Virus record (IMG/VR): IMGVR_UViG_2606217775_000001
Coordinates: 5,964 to 69,963 of that record
Strand: one strand, 5' to 3'
DNA from: a virus
Taxonomy: Duplodnaviria > Caudoviricetes
DNA: 64,000 nucleotides
The notes beneath the pieces are model-generated. The model did not search any database. It worked only from the letters and a program-made list of their open reading frames with translations, and was not told where the DNA came from. The position numbers were made by a program, and so were the translations under genes. Shown here in pieces: positions 52,397 to 61,011 of the stretch (positions are counted from its first letter, which is position 1; every line of letters begins with the position of its first letter).

Positions 52397-52417
52397 GCCG
52401 CCTCCGGGCGGCTTTTT
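52397..52417 (+). terminator. Intrinsic terminator
   Basis: GCCGCC-TCCG-GGCGGC followed by TTTTT. Confidence 0.7.
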
Positions 52418-52443
52418 CATGCCGATCGCCTGAGGTGCGGTGG

Positions 52444-53100
52444 ATGTCGAGCCTCACCCTGATCCAGCCGCAGCCGGTCGATTTCGAGACCCAGCAGACT
52501 TGCGACTGGCTCGATCCGCTCCCGGTGATCGGACAGGCGGGCCTGGGCGGGATCGCCGCGGCCTCCACCAACATCGGGACCGGCACGCTCACCGTCGCAT
52601 CGATCGTGGGCGGGACGCCGCTGGGCGCCTACCGCGTCACGGTGATCACGGCCGGCGCTTTGGCTCAATTCAGCGTGGCGGACCCGAATGGAGCGCTGAT
52701 CGCACAGGGCGCGACCGGCGTCCCCCTGTACGCCGGCGGCATCACTTTGACGGTGACGCAGGGTGCGACGCCGTTCGCGGTCGGCGACAGCTTCGCGGTC
52801 GGCGTCCTGCCCGCGCCGGTCGACCTCTCTGGGCTCCGGTTCGACCTCGACTGCCGCGCCGGCCTGGGATCGGCGACGTTCGCGCTCCAGGCCTCCACCG
52901 CGGACGCTACGCCCACGATCATCAACGGCGGGACGTCCGGCGTGATCGCCATGCGCGTGCTCAAGGCCGCGTTGGCGCGGTGCCCGACCGGAACCTACCC
53001 CTACTCGATCCTGGCCACCGACCCGGCCACCGGGCTTACCGTCCCGGCCTTCTACGGCACGATCCACCACGTCGCGGTCGCCGCGCAACTCGGCTCCTGA
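52444..53100 (+). CDS. Virion-associated beta-rich protein (possible fibre adaptor)
   Basis: G/T/A-rich beta composition; lies between the two fibre genes. Confidence 0.6.
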   Translation: MSSLTLIQPQPVDFETQQTCDWLDPLPVIGQAGLGGIAAASTNIGTGTLTVASIVGGTPLGAYRVTVITAGALAQFSVADPNGALIAQGATGVPLYAGGITLTVTQGATPFAVGDSFAVGVLPAPVDLSGLRFDLDCRAGLGSATFALQASTADATPTIINGGTSGVIAMRVLKAALARCPTGTYPYSILATDPATGLTVPAFYGTIHHVAVAAQLGS

Positions 53101-53110
53101 GGGCATCCGC

Positions 53111-54349
53111 ATGGCGATCCGCAGGACCACGCCCGCGGCCCCCGCGGTGTATCTCGGCGGCCCTGCGGGGCCGCAGGGCGACACCGGAGCCACCGGACCG
53201 TCCGGACCCGCCGGACCGCAGGGGGCTACCGGCCCGACCGGCCCTCAGACCTGGCAGACCCCGCCCGTCGCCTGGGCTGCTTTGACCGCCTACGCGGCGA
53301 CCGCGCCGGCCTCGACCGTCACCTACGGTGGCGAGAGTTACGTCTGCTCAACGAGCCACACCTCGACCGCGACCTTCGACGCGACGAAGTGGACTAAGCT
53401 CGCGACCAAGGGCTCTGACGGGTCGTCGGCCACGGCGTTCGCCGCCCCACAGGGTCGCCTGACGCTCACCCCCGGCGTGCCGGTGCTGACGGCCGCAGTG
53501 AACGCGGCGACGAGCGTCCTGTATACCCCGGCTCAGGGCAATCTGATCCCGCTGTGGAACGGGTCGTCCGACGTGATGACCGCCTTCGCCGAGGTCTCGC
53601 AGGCGCTCTCGGACACGGCAAAGAGCCCCGCCGCGGCCGCGGCCGGCAACGTCTACGATCTCTTCGCCTGGAACGATGCCGGGACGGTCCGTGTCACCCG
53701 CGGGCCCGCGTGGGCGGCCGGCGCCACGGCGGGCTCGAATACCGCGCGCGGGGCCGGCGCGGGCTCTACTGCGCTCTCCCGCGTCAACGGCCTGCTGCGC
53801 AACGCGGTCGCAATCGCGAACGGGCCGGCCGCGGGCTTTGGCACTTGGGTCGGCACGATCGTGACCGACCCCTCGGGCGCCACGGTCTCATTCAACCCAG
53901 GCTCGGCGGCGGCCAACGGTGGCGCGGCTTGGGTAGGACTGTGGAATGCCTTCGACCGCAAGCCGGTGGCCCTGAACGTCCAGGACACCAACGCCAGCCA
54001 CTCCTACGCCTCCGCGACGTTGCGGGCCTATGCCAATTCCACGACGTGGCGCGCGACCGTGGTGCGCGGCCTCGACGTCGACGGGGTGATCGCGTCGCTG
54101 ATCTCGCAGGCCGCGAACGGCAGTGGGGTCAGCTACCTCGGGATCGGACTCGACAGCACGGCCGCCAACGCACCCGGCGCGATGCTGGGGCTTGAGGCGA
54201 ACGCAAACGCGACGACGCTTGCCCGCTACGCCGGCCTTCCCGGAGTGGGACTGCATTTCCTCCAGGCTCTGGAGGCGACCGACGCCGCCAACAGCACATC
54301 GACCTTCGTCAACAACCGCGCGCAACTCGACGTGCTGACGACGTTCTGA
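53111..54349 (+). CDS. Tail fibre/adhesin 2 with collagen-like and carbohydrate-binding-like segments
   Basis: About ten G-X-Y triplets (GPQGDTGATGPSGPAGPQG...), then WAALTAY...VTYGGESYVC...W; PQGRLTL domain. Confidence 0.75.
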   Translation: MAIRRTTPAAPAVYLGGPAGPQGDTGATGPSGPAGPQGATGPTGPQTWQTPPVAWAALTAYAATAPASTVTYGGESYVCSTSHTSTATFDATKWTKLATKGSDGSSATAFAAPQGRLTLTPGVPVLTAAVNAATSVLYTPAQGNLIPLWNGSSDVMTAFAEVSQALSDTAKSPAAAAAGNVYDLFAWNDAGTVRVTRGPAWAAGATAGSNTARGAGAGSTALSRVNGLLRNAVAIANGPAAGFGTWVGTIVTDPSGATVSFNPGSAAANGGAAWVGLWNAFDRKPVALNVQDTNASHSYASATLRAYANSTTWRATVVRGLDVDGVIASLISQAANGSGVSYLGIGLDSTAANAPGAMLGLEANANATTLARYAGLPGVGLHFLQALEATDAANSTSTFVNNRAQLDVLTTF

Positions 54350-54358
54350 GGGCCGACC

Positions 54359-54868
54359 ATGGATATTCAGGCGCTCCACGCCGCTATCGCGGCCGTCTGC
54401 CCGATCCTCGGCGTGTCGACGGCCGATTCGAACGACCGGTCCACGTGGCGGATCGACTTCGATCCCAGCGCTACGGGTGTGCAGAGGCAGACAGCGACCG
54501 CGCTGATCGCGGCCTACACGGGCGTCGATCTCGCCGCCTACATCGCGAACGCCCACGCGGCTCTTCGCGATGGCGGCGTGACGATCGGGGGCATGCGGAT
54601 CAAGACCGATGCCGAGAGCCGCGGCCTGATCGACGGCGCCTACGCGCTGAGCCAAGCACAGCCCGACAAGTCGATCGACTTCAAGGCCGCGTCCGGCTGG
54701 GTCGCGATCGACAGCCAGACCATGCAGACGGTGGCGATTGCCGTCGGTCAGTGGGTGCAGGCCTGCTACTCCGCCTACCGCAAGCTCGACGAGGGGCGCG
54801 TGGCAGGGACGGTGACCACGACGGCACAGGTCGACGCAGCGTTTGCAGCCGTCACGCTGCCGAGCTGA
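54359..54868 (+). CDS. DUF4376-like tail fibre-associated protein
   Basis: GGVTIGG..IKTDAESR...FKAASGWV...VQAC motif. Confidence 0.7.
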   Translation: MDIQALHAAIAAVCPILGVSTADSNDRSTWRIDFDPSATGVQRQTATALIAAYTGVDLAAYIANAHAALRDGGVTIGGMRIKTDAESRGLIDGAYALSQAQPDKSIDFKAASGWVAIDSQTMQTVAIAVGQWVQACYSAYRKLDEGRVAGTVTTTAQVDAAFAAVTLPS

Positions 54869-54872
54869 CCCT

Positions 54873-55319
54873 ATGACGCCGCTCCCAATCTACCGCCAGC
54901 CGCTCGACGGCACCGAGATGGTCCGGGTCCTGAAGGATGGGCGCTTCTACATGGCGCCGCTGTCCGCCGTGCTCGACCTGCTCGGCGTGCCGGCCACGCT
55001 CGCCCCGATCCTCGCCCGCCTCGCGGCGCTCGAGGGCCGGCCCGAGGAGGTCGCGCACTTCACCGCGTCGGCCAAGCTCCCCAACGCGGCCGCGCTCGCG
55101 AGCTTCACGCTGACGCTGACCGGCCTCGTGCCGGCGCGGGCCGGCGATGTCCTCAAGGCCGGCGAGCAGGTCGAGGTCCGGGCCAAGCTGCCGGCAGGCC
55201 TTGAGATGGGCCTGCCGCTGGTCACCGCCGACGGGACGGTCGCCGTCTCGTTCAAGACCACGCTGGCGCTCTCCGCCGGCACGACGCCGGTCACCTTCGA
55301 CATCACCGCGCTGCGGTAG
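54873..55319 (+). CDS. Hypothetical virion-associated protein
   Basis: Coupled to the tail cluster; beta-rich C-terminus. Confidence 0.6.
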   Translation: MTPLPIYRQPLDGTEMVRVLKDGRFYMAPLSAVLDLLGVPATLAPILARLAALEGRPEEVAHFTASAKLPNAAALASFTLTLTGLVPARAGDVLKAGEQVEVRAKLPAGLEMGLPLVTADGTVAVSFKTTLALSAGTTPVTFDITALR

Positions 55320-55342
55320 GCGCGCCGTCCGCCTGAGGCCCG

Positions 55343-55369
55343 ACCGTTCCCGAAGATTTCGGGAACGGT
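55343..55369. repeat. Intergenic palindrome
   Basis: ACCGTTCCCGAA-GAT-TTCGGGAACGGT, perfect 12-bp arms. Confidence 0.85.
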
Positions 55370-55475
55370 GGCGGCCCGCCGCCCTCCGCCCTTCCGGGCT
55401 GGAGCCGCCCCGCACGCGGGGATCGGTGAAACACGGCGAGCCGCGCCGCCCCCTACCACGCTTCCGGAGACCACC

Positions 55476-55871
55476 ATGATCCTCCAGCGCCTCGCGCTGC
55501 GGGCGGCGATCGCCTGCGCGCTGCTGCTCGTGCCCGGCCACGCCCGCGCCTGGGAGGGGATCGCCTCGACCTACGGCCGCGAGATCTTCCGCATCAACCC
55601 GAAGGGCCTGACCGCGAACGGCGAGCGGTTCAAGCCGATGGGCCGGACGGCGGCGATCTGGGACGTCCCGTTCAATACGCGGCTCCGGGTGACGCACCTC
55701 GCCACCGGCCGGAGCATCGTCGTCCGCGTCAACGATCGCGGCCCGCATCGTCGGCTCGGGCGGCTGATCGACCTGTCGACCGGATCGTGCCGCGCGCTCG
55801 GTGCCTGCGGCCTCGCCCGGGTGCGGGTCGAGGTCGTGCCGTCCGGGCGCCGCGTCGCGGACGCGCGCTGA
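55476..55871 (+). CDS. rlpA: RlpA-like (double-psi beta-barrel) lytic transglycosylase with signal peptide
   Basis: GIASTYG...TANGERF...TAA...PFNTRLRV...VVRVNDRGP...IDLS motif; GGAG RBS. Confidence 0.9.
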   Translation: MILQRLALRAAIACALLLVPGHARAWEGIASTYGREIFRINPKGLTANGERFKPMGRTAAIWDVPFNTRLRVTHLATGRSIVVRVNDRGPHRRLGRLIDLSTGSCRALGACGLARVRVEVVPSGRRVADAR

Positions 55872-56104
55872 TGCGCGTCCGGATTCTGGCGGCGCTCGCC
55901 GGCGTCCTGGTGGCAGGCGCGCCGGCCGCGGCCACCGCCCGCCCGCGCATCCCGCACCTACCGGCCCGGCCGAGTGCTGCGAGCCTTCTGGCCGCGGCGC
56001 CAATCGCGCCGAACGGCCTGCTCATCCACGACGCCGGCCGCCTGCGCACCCTGGAGCTCGACGAGCTCGCGCCGCTGCGCCTGCGCCTCTCCATCCCGTT
56101 CTGA
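55871..56104 (+). CDS. Small exported hypothetical protein
   Basis: TGATG-coupled; signal-peptide-like N-terminus. Confidence 0.5.
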   Translation: MRVRILAALAGVLVAGAPAAATARPRIPHLPARPSAASLLAAAPIAPNGLLIHDAGRLRTLELDELAPLRLRLSIPF

Positions 56105-56118
56105 CCAGGAGACACCCG

Positions 56119-56382
56119 ATGTCCGCGTTCCTCGCGCGCCTCGGCGCGGCCGTCCGCGCGCGCCTGCACGAGAACTGGCGTGAGCTGCTGCTCCGCGCCT
56201 GGAGCGTGCGCTTCATGCTGCTCGCCGCGCTCTGCGACGGGCTCGCGGAGGCCTGCAGCTTCTTCACCGACGCGCCGGCCGCGGTCCGCCCGTGGGTCGC
56301 GGCTGCGGCTCTCTTCTTCACGGTCGCGGCCGTGGGCGCGCGGCTGATGCCGCAGGGCAACGTCAACGGCGGAGGCGCGTGA
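56119..56382 (+). CDS. Putative holin
   Basis: AGGAG RBS; ENWRELLLRAWSVRF followed by two TM helices; directly before the endolysin. Confidence 0.7.
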   Translation: MSAFLARLGAAVRARLHENWRELLLRAWSVRFMLLAALCDGLAEACSFFTDAPAAVRPWVAAAALFFTVAAVGARLMPQGNVNGGGA

Positions 56383-56897
56383 TGCTCGCATCCATCTTCC
56401 GCCGGTCCGCCGCAGCCGTGGCGAAGCTGCCGCCCCAGGCCAAGGGCCGCCTCATCGCCGGCACCGCGCTCGCGGCGCTGTGCTGCACCACGATCACCGG
56501 CTTCGAGGGGCTGCGCACCTCGGCCTATCGCGACTCGATCGGCGTGCCGACGATCTGCATCGGCGAGACCAAGGGTGTCCGCATGGGCATGACGGTCTCG
56601 AAGCCGCAGTGCGAGGCGATGCTGCTCAAGCGGCTGACCGAGGACTTCGCCCCGGCGATGGAGCGGTGTGTCACCCGGCCGATGGGCGACGATACCTACG
56701 CGGCGTTCCTGAGCCTCTCCTACAACATCGGCTCGGGCGGCTTCTGCAAGAGCTCGGTCGTGCGCCTCTACAACGCCGGCGACCGCCGCGCGGCCTGCCA
56801 CGCCATCCTCAAGTTCGACCGCGCCGGCGGCCGCGTCGTCGCCGGCCTCGTGCGGCGGCGCAAGGCCGAGGAAGCGCTCTGCCTCAAGGGGGTCTGA
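56382..56897 (+). CDS. Endolysin, GH24 lysozyme (possible SAR type)
   Basis: FEG...AYRDSIGVPTICIGET catalytic motif; YNIG and GLVRRRKAE; weakly hydrophobic N-terminal helix. Confidence 0.95.
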   Translation: MLASIFRRSAAAVAKLPPQAKGRLIAGTALAALCCTTITGFEGLRTSAYRDSIGVPTICIGETKGVRMGMTVSKPQCEAMLLKRLTEDFAPAMERCVTRPMGDDTYAAFLSLSYNIGSGGFCKSSVVRLYNAGDRRAACHAILKFDRAGGRVVAGLVRRRKAEEALCLKGV

Positions 56898-56900
56898 CCC

Positions 56901-57332
56901 ATGCTCGGTTTCCTGTTCCAGGCGTGGGCGGCGTTCTCGCCGCTCGCGTCGATCGTCGGCGCGTGCGGGATCGCCTGCGTCGTCGTCGCCTTCGTCGGCG
57001 CGATGTTCGTGCCCGAGCGGCTGAAGATGCCGCTGATCGGCGTCGGCGCGCTCCTCATCACCGGCGCCGCAATCTGGCAGGCGGCCGAGGCCAAGGGCGC
57101 GCACGACGCCTTTAAGGTCGTCGCCGCCGCCAACCTGAAGGCCGAGCGCGAGCGCGCCGAGAAGGCCGAGGCGATCACCAAAGATCTGGCCGAGCAGGCG
57201 ACCCGCGATCTGGCGGCTGCCCAGGCCGACAACGCCCAGCTGAAGGACCTGAACGATGCGCTCGCCCACGATCCGCGCGGCACTCATCCTGCCGTTCCTC
57301 GCGATCTCGCTCGCCGCCTGCGTGCACTCTGA
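56901..57332 (+). CDS. Inner-membrane spanin (Rz-like)
   Basis: N-terminal TM helices plus a periplasmic coiled coil. Confidence 0.75.
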   Translation: MLGFLFQAWAAFSPLASIVGACGIACVVVAFVGAMFVPERLKMPLIGVGALLITGAAIWQAAEAKGAHDAFKVVAAANLKAERERAEKAEAITKDLAEQATRDLAAAQADNAQLKDLNDALAHDPRGTHPAVPRDLARRLRAL

Positions 57333-57576
57333 GCCGGTCCCCGCGCTCGACGTCAGCGCGCCGGCCGAGATCCGCGTGATCCTGCCCGAGCCGCCCTCCG
57401 ATGTCGCCGCCTGCCTGAAGCGGTCCTTTCCGGAGATCCCGGACCGGGCGCTGAGCACCGCCGACGTCGTGCGGATTATCGGTCGGGCGAAGATCCAAGA
57501 TCGTGCCAAGACCGCGTGCGGGCTGCGCGCGCTTGCCTGGATCGAGGCCGTGCACCGGGACTTCGCCAAGCCCTGA
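57256..57576 (+). CDS. Outer-membrane spanin (Rz1-like lipoprotein)
   Basis: Lipobox LAAC; Pro-rich; overlaps the i-spanin 3' end. Confidence 0.75.
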   Translation: MRSPTIRAALILPFLAISLAACVHSEPVPALDVSAPAEIRVILPEPPSDVAACLKRSFPEIPDRALSTADVVRIIGRAKIQDRAKTACGLRALAWIEAVHRDFAKP

Positions 57577-57586
57577 CCGGCACCCA

Positions 57587-57611
57587 AAGCCCGTGAAAGT
57601 TTCACGGGCTT
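57587..57611. repeat. Palindrome AAGCCCGTGAAA-G-TTTCACGGGCTT (copy 2 of the 16786 core)
   Basis: Perfect 12-bp arms; intergenic. Confidence 0.85.
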
Positions 57612-57710
57612 CCCACTCTGACATTCGGCCCCTCGCGCACGTGGGACGGGGTCTCTCTCCGCGCGACCGGAACACCGGCGCGCGACTCTCCGGCCTTGGG
57701 GGCCAGGACC

Positions 57711-58313
57711 ATGACCGCACAGCTCCAGCAGCAGCAGATCCAGCCCATGACCGGACGGCCGATGGACGAGCGCATCACCTCGCTCGAGGTGCGGGTCGGC
57801 GGGATCGAGGATGGGATCAAGACCATCGTCGGGAAGCTCGATTCCCGAGATCGCATCCCGTGGGGCGTGATCGGGACGTTCGCCGGCATCATGCTCACTG
57901 TCATCGCGTCGATTGGCGGCCTCGCCTTCCGTCCGCTGGGCGACGGCATCGCCGACCTGAAGGCCTCGCTCGTGAAGATGGAGGCGCGCGCCGATCGCTA
58001 CGTGCCCCGCGAGGACCTAGACGCGCGCTTCTCCGTCATCACCCAGCGCCGGGACGATCTCCAGCGTCTGTCGGACGCGCGGGTCGAGCGGATCGAGCGC
58101 GATCTCGACACGGTATCCAAGCAGATCGTCCCCCGCGGCGAGCACGAGCAGATGTGGGCCGCCCAGCGCGCCCGCGATGCGGATTTGCAGCGTCAGTCCG
58201 ATCAGAACCGGCAGGGGCTCTACGACCTCAACACCCCGCGCGACACCATCCAGGGCATGCAGCGCCGGATCGACGAGATCGAACGGGACGCCCGGGCGCC
58301 AGCGCGCCGGTAG
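57711..58313 (+). CDS. Membrane-anchored coiled-coil protein after the lysis cassette
   Basis: ERITSLE...WGVIGTFAGIMLTVIASIGG TM segment followed by a coiled coil. Confidence 0.75.
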   Translation: MTAQLQQQQIQPMTGRPMDERITSLEVRVGGIEDGIKTIVGKLDSRDRIPWGVIGTFAGIMLTVIASIGGLAFRPLGDGIADLKASLVKMEARADRYVPREDLDARFSVITQRRDDLQRLSDARVERIERDLDTVSKQIVPRGEHEQMWAAQRARDADLQRQSDQNRQGLYDLNTPRDTIQGMQRRIDEIERDARAPARR

Positions 58314-58345
58314 CGCCGCTTCACACCCTACTTCACACTGCCCTG

Positions 58346-58376
58346 GGCGCCCTGGCTTCGGCCGGGGCGCCTTTCG
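58346..58376 (+). terminator. Terminator at the end of the late operon
   Basis: GGCGCCCTGGC-TTCG-GCCGGGGCGCC followed by TTTCG. Confidence 0.7.
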
Positions 58377-58395
58377 TCGTTTCCGGATCCAAGAT

Positions 58396-59157
58396 CTACA
58401 AACCTGGTGGTTTCAGTCCTACAAAGAGCTGCGTGTGGTCGTCATTTGTGTAGTTTACGGCCGGCTGCAGATTTGCAGATTTTAGAGCCTCGATCACTGG
58501 GTTGCCCGGCTTCGTTGTGATACCAATGCCATATTGTGGCATGACATTTATAACCGTGGCGTGGACGATCACATGCGCGTCAGCGAGCGCTTGGGTAATT
58601 TCTCTGGCAAAATTTCTTGACTCAGGATCCTGTAGACAAATCACATTCACATAAAGTGGATCTGTGATTTTTGAAAGCGCTTCGGCAATGGCAAACCGCT
58701 GGCCGGGCAAGATATGCCTGGATGCCATTGCGCCTTCCAACTTGAGGCGGGCACTATGCTCTTGCTCCACTATGCGTTGGAGTTGCAAATTGGAGCCGTC
58801 AATCTGCGCGGTTCGCTCCCGGGCCTCTTCGGCTTCGCGCTCCAGTAGCGCAGTCCGCTCCTTGGCTGTGGCAGCGACCTCAGCGGCCTGCTTTCCAGCT
58901 TTGTCCGCATCAGCTACTCTTGCGTCGGCCTCGTGGCTTGCCCGGAGGGAAAACTGCCATAGCGCCAAGCTCGCCAGGGCGGCCACGGCTGAGAAGCTCA
59001 GCTGGAGCTTATTTGCGCTCTGACGCAACTTAGGACGGTCGGAGCCCGTTTCGTAACGCAAGCTTAAACGCCAAAGCCAGAAACTCGCGATCAACGCGGC
59101 GGCAAGCGAGAAAAGGTAAATTACGTTAGACCACCACAGAAAGTCGTCGGTAGACAT
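58396..59157 (-). CDS. AT-rich moron: two-TM protein with coiled coil and C-terminal globular domain
   Basis: Low-GC codon usage; two N-terminal TM helices; convergent with the late operon. Confidence 0.75.
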   Translation of the reverse strand: MSTDDFLWWSNVIYLFSLAAALIASFWLWRLSLRYETGSDRPKLRQSANKLQLSFSAVAALASLALWQFSLRASHEADARVADADKAGKQAAEVAATAKERTALLEREAEEARERTAQIDGSNLQLQRIVEQEHSARLKLEGAMASRHILPGQRFAIAEALSKITDPLYVNVICLQDPESRNFAREITQALADAHVIVHATVINVMPQYGIGITTKPGNPVIEALKSANLQPAVNYTNDDHTQLFVGLKPPGL

Positions 59158-59409
59158 GTTGCCTCAATGGCTCTTCTTATCAGGGTGCCTGTTTTTCGTC
59201 GGGTTTATCATCGCTGTTAACGTGTGGGACTACCTTCCCGCCCGTAAGCGCTCTGGTAGCTGAGGTTCAGGACCCAAGCCAGTTCGGATCGTTGGAGCTG
59301 CGCGCCTATGCGGCGCTGTAGGACTTATGCGATCCAGCATGGCGAGACTGTTTCGCTTCCACAAGCGCTCGCCCTATTTCGTTAAGGGGCCCGCGGTACC
59401 GCCGCCGGC

Positions 59410-59799
59410 ATGTCAGCCAGCCTCGCCCCCGCTGCCCTCCCGCCCGCCGTGGCTTCATGGCGCGACCAGATCGAGCGCCTGTCCGAGCACGCCTCGCCGT
59501 GCCGGTATCTCCTGCCGGCGCGATGGGCGGCGATGCGGGCGAACGCGCTGGCGTTCATCGACGAGCACGGCGCCGAGGCGCACCGGCTCGGCTGGACGGC
59601 GCCGCAGCTCTTTGGCGTCCACCCGGAGCACGGCTTCCTGCGCGTCGAGTATGCCGGGGCTCTGATGGTCAACGACAGCAAGGCGGTCGGCGTCGAGCCG
59701 GACCGGATCGTGTTCGACCGCTTCTCCGGGTACCGGACCAAGCCGGGTCAGACGTGGGGGCCGCCGGTCTGGGAGTATGCCGCAAAGGGCCGCGGCTGA
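59410..59799 (+). CDS. Hypothetical protein
   Basis: W..MRANALAFIDEHG..AHRLGW...LFG motif. Confidence 0.7.
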   Translation: MSASLAPAALPPAVASWRDQIERLSEHASPCRYLLPARWAAMRANALAFIDEHGAEAHRLGWTAPQLFGVHPEHGFLRVEYAGALMVNDSKAVGVEPDRIVFDRFSGYRTKPGQTWGPPVWEYAAKGRG

Positions 59800-59939
59800 T
59801 CGCGCCTGTGATCTGCGAGGATGTCGGGGGCAACCACAGTCTTAGCCGGCACAGGTTGTTGCGTCCGCCAAGCCATTAACGCGGAAGGCCTTTTCGCAGC
59901 GCATCATGCCGGTATGTCCACTCGCATACCGAGCCCACA

Positions 59940-60137
59940 ATGCGCTTCGAGATCCGATCCACTGGCCGCCACCTCTGGACCTGGGTGCTGCTCGACGCAG
60001 CGCACATGCCGGTGACGGAATCGGACCGGACTTTTCCGTCGGAGGCGCAGGCGTCGGCCGCCGCGCTGGCGTTCTCGAAGCTGGTCACCCGCGCGGGCAA
60101 GTCGCTGACCGGCGGGCCGGCGGGCGGCCTGCTCTAG
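59940..60137 (+). CDS. Small YegP/DUF1508-like protein
   Basis: MRFEI...WTWVLLD...ES..TFPSEAQA pattern. Confidence 0.55.
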   Translation: MRFEIRSTGRHLWTWVLLDAAHMPVTESDRTFPSEAQASAAALAFSKLVTRAGKSLTGGPAGGLL

Positions 60138-60439
60138 TTGCCGTCTTTCTTGGGCCACGCGGGCACCGTCTGCGGATCAGGCTTCGAGCAGGCGCCGCAC
60201 CGAAGCGTCATGCCGGCATCGGGCACGAAGCTCGTGGACGGCCACGCCCCCACGTAGATCGGCGTCTCGTCGACGCAGCCGCAGTCGCAGATCACCCGGA
60301 CCGCTCGCACCCCCTTGTCCATCGCCTGCTGGAACGTCATCGGCGTGATCTCATAGCCGTCGACGTCGTAGGCGCGGCGCGGATTGCGCGAGTGGATCGG
60401 CAGCGGCGTGCGCCGGCCAGTTGCGAGCGAATGCGTCAT
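60134..60439 (-). CDS. Small Zn-binding hypothetical protein
   Basis: CDCGC...CGAC...P.W motif. Confidence 0.7.
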   Translation of the reverse strand: MTHSLATGRRTPLPIHSRNPRRAYDVDGYEITPMTFQQAMDKGVRAVRVICDCGCVDETPIYVGAWPSTSFVPDAGMTLRCGACSKPDPQTVPAWPKKDGN

Positions 60440-60663
60440 CGGCGACTCCTTGGTGACGTGGACGGATGACGCTGCGCATGTTGCTCGGCCTCATCCTCGG
60501 CCGCGCGCTCCTCTGTCGCGGCGATGAGCAGATCGAGCCAAGCGACGGCCGCTTCAGGGCCTTCCCGGCCTCGCGTGTCTTCGAACTTCTGCCCGATCTG
60601 CAACTGGTGCCATGCGCGCACATCGGACAGCGCCTTCAGGTAGCCCTTCTGCTCGTCGGTCAT
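60436..60663 (-). CDS. Hypothetical protein
   Basis: ATGA-coupled on both sides. Confidence 0.65.
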   Translation of the reverse strand: MTDEQKGYLKALSDVRAWHQLQIGQKFEDTRGREGPEAAVAWLDLLIAATEERAAEDEAEQHAQRHPSTSPRSRR

Positions 60664-60902
60664 GAGCCGCCCGGCACCAGCGGCAGTCCGGCCCGCGCAC
60701 TCCAGGCCTTCGCCCGAGCCCAGGCGGCCGCCAGGGCCTCAATCGCCTCGTCCCGGGTGTCGGCCATGCCGTTCAGCGGTCGGACGCCGTCGGCTTCGTG
60801 CCCGCGCTGGCAGCCGGTGCAGCTCCAGGTCCACGAGCCGTACTGCAGGTCGCCATTGGTTCCTTGGATCCGGCCAACGTACTGACCCGCCGCAGGCGGC
60901 AG
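60660..60902 (-). CDS. Hypothetical protein with non-canonical CTG start, or a 5'-damaged gene
   Basis: Open frame (...GQYVGRI...WTWS...DTRDEAIEALAAAW...) ends in an ATGA overlap; GGAGGAG lies 5 nt upstream of CTG; an in-frame TAG sits immediately upstream. Confidence 0.45.
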   Translation of the reverse strand: MPPAAGQYVGRIQGTNGDLQYGSWTWSCTGCQRGHEADGVRPLNGMADTRDEAIEALAAAWARAKAWSARAGLPLVPGGS

Positions 60903-61011
60903 CTAGGCTCCTCCCCACTTCCGCCCCACCGCGCCGGGCTTTCCTTCAACCGCTGCCGCGATATCTCTAGGATCAAGCTCGACTTTCTCCCCCAGGGTGC
61001 CGAGCCTGAGG

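Noticed and set aside
50628-54349. Diversity-generating retroelement acting on the fibres
   Set aside because: No reverse transcriptase and no template/variable repeat pair differing at adenines was found.
299-56003. Many long alternative-frame or antisense ORFs in the track (e.g. 299..1468, 2663..4303, 12036..13940, 32097..33704, 35318..38305, 39505..41352, 50310..51899)
   Set aside because: They shadow well-supported genes, are R/G/A/P-rich, and are expected in roughly 70% GC DNA where stop codons are scarce.
59160-59409. Possible att site or phage boundary after the lysis region
   Set aside because: No tRNA 3' end or direct repeat matching elsewhere in the window was found, and phage- or plasmid-type genes continue to 64000.
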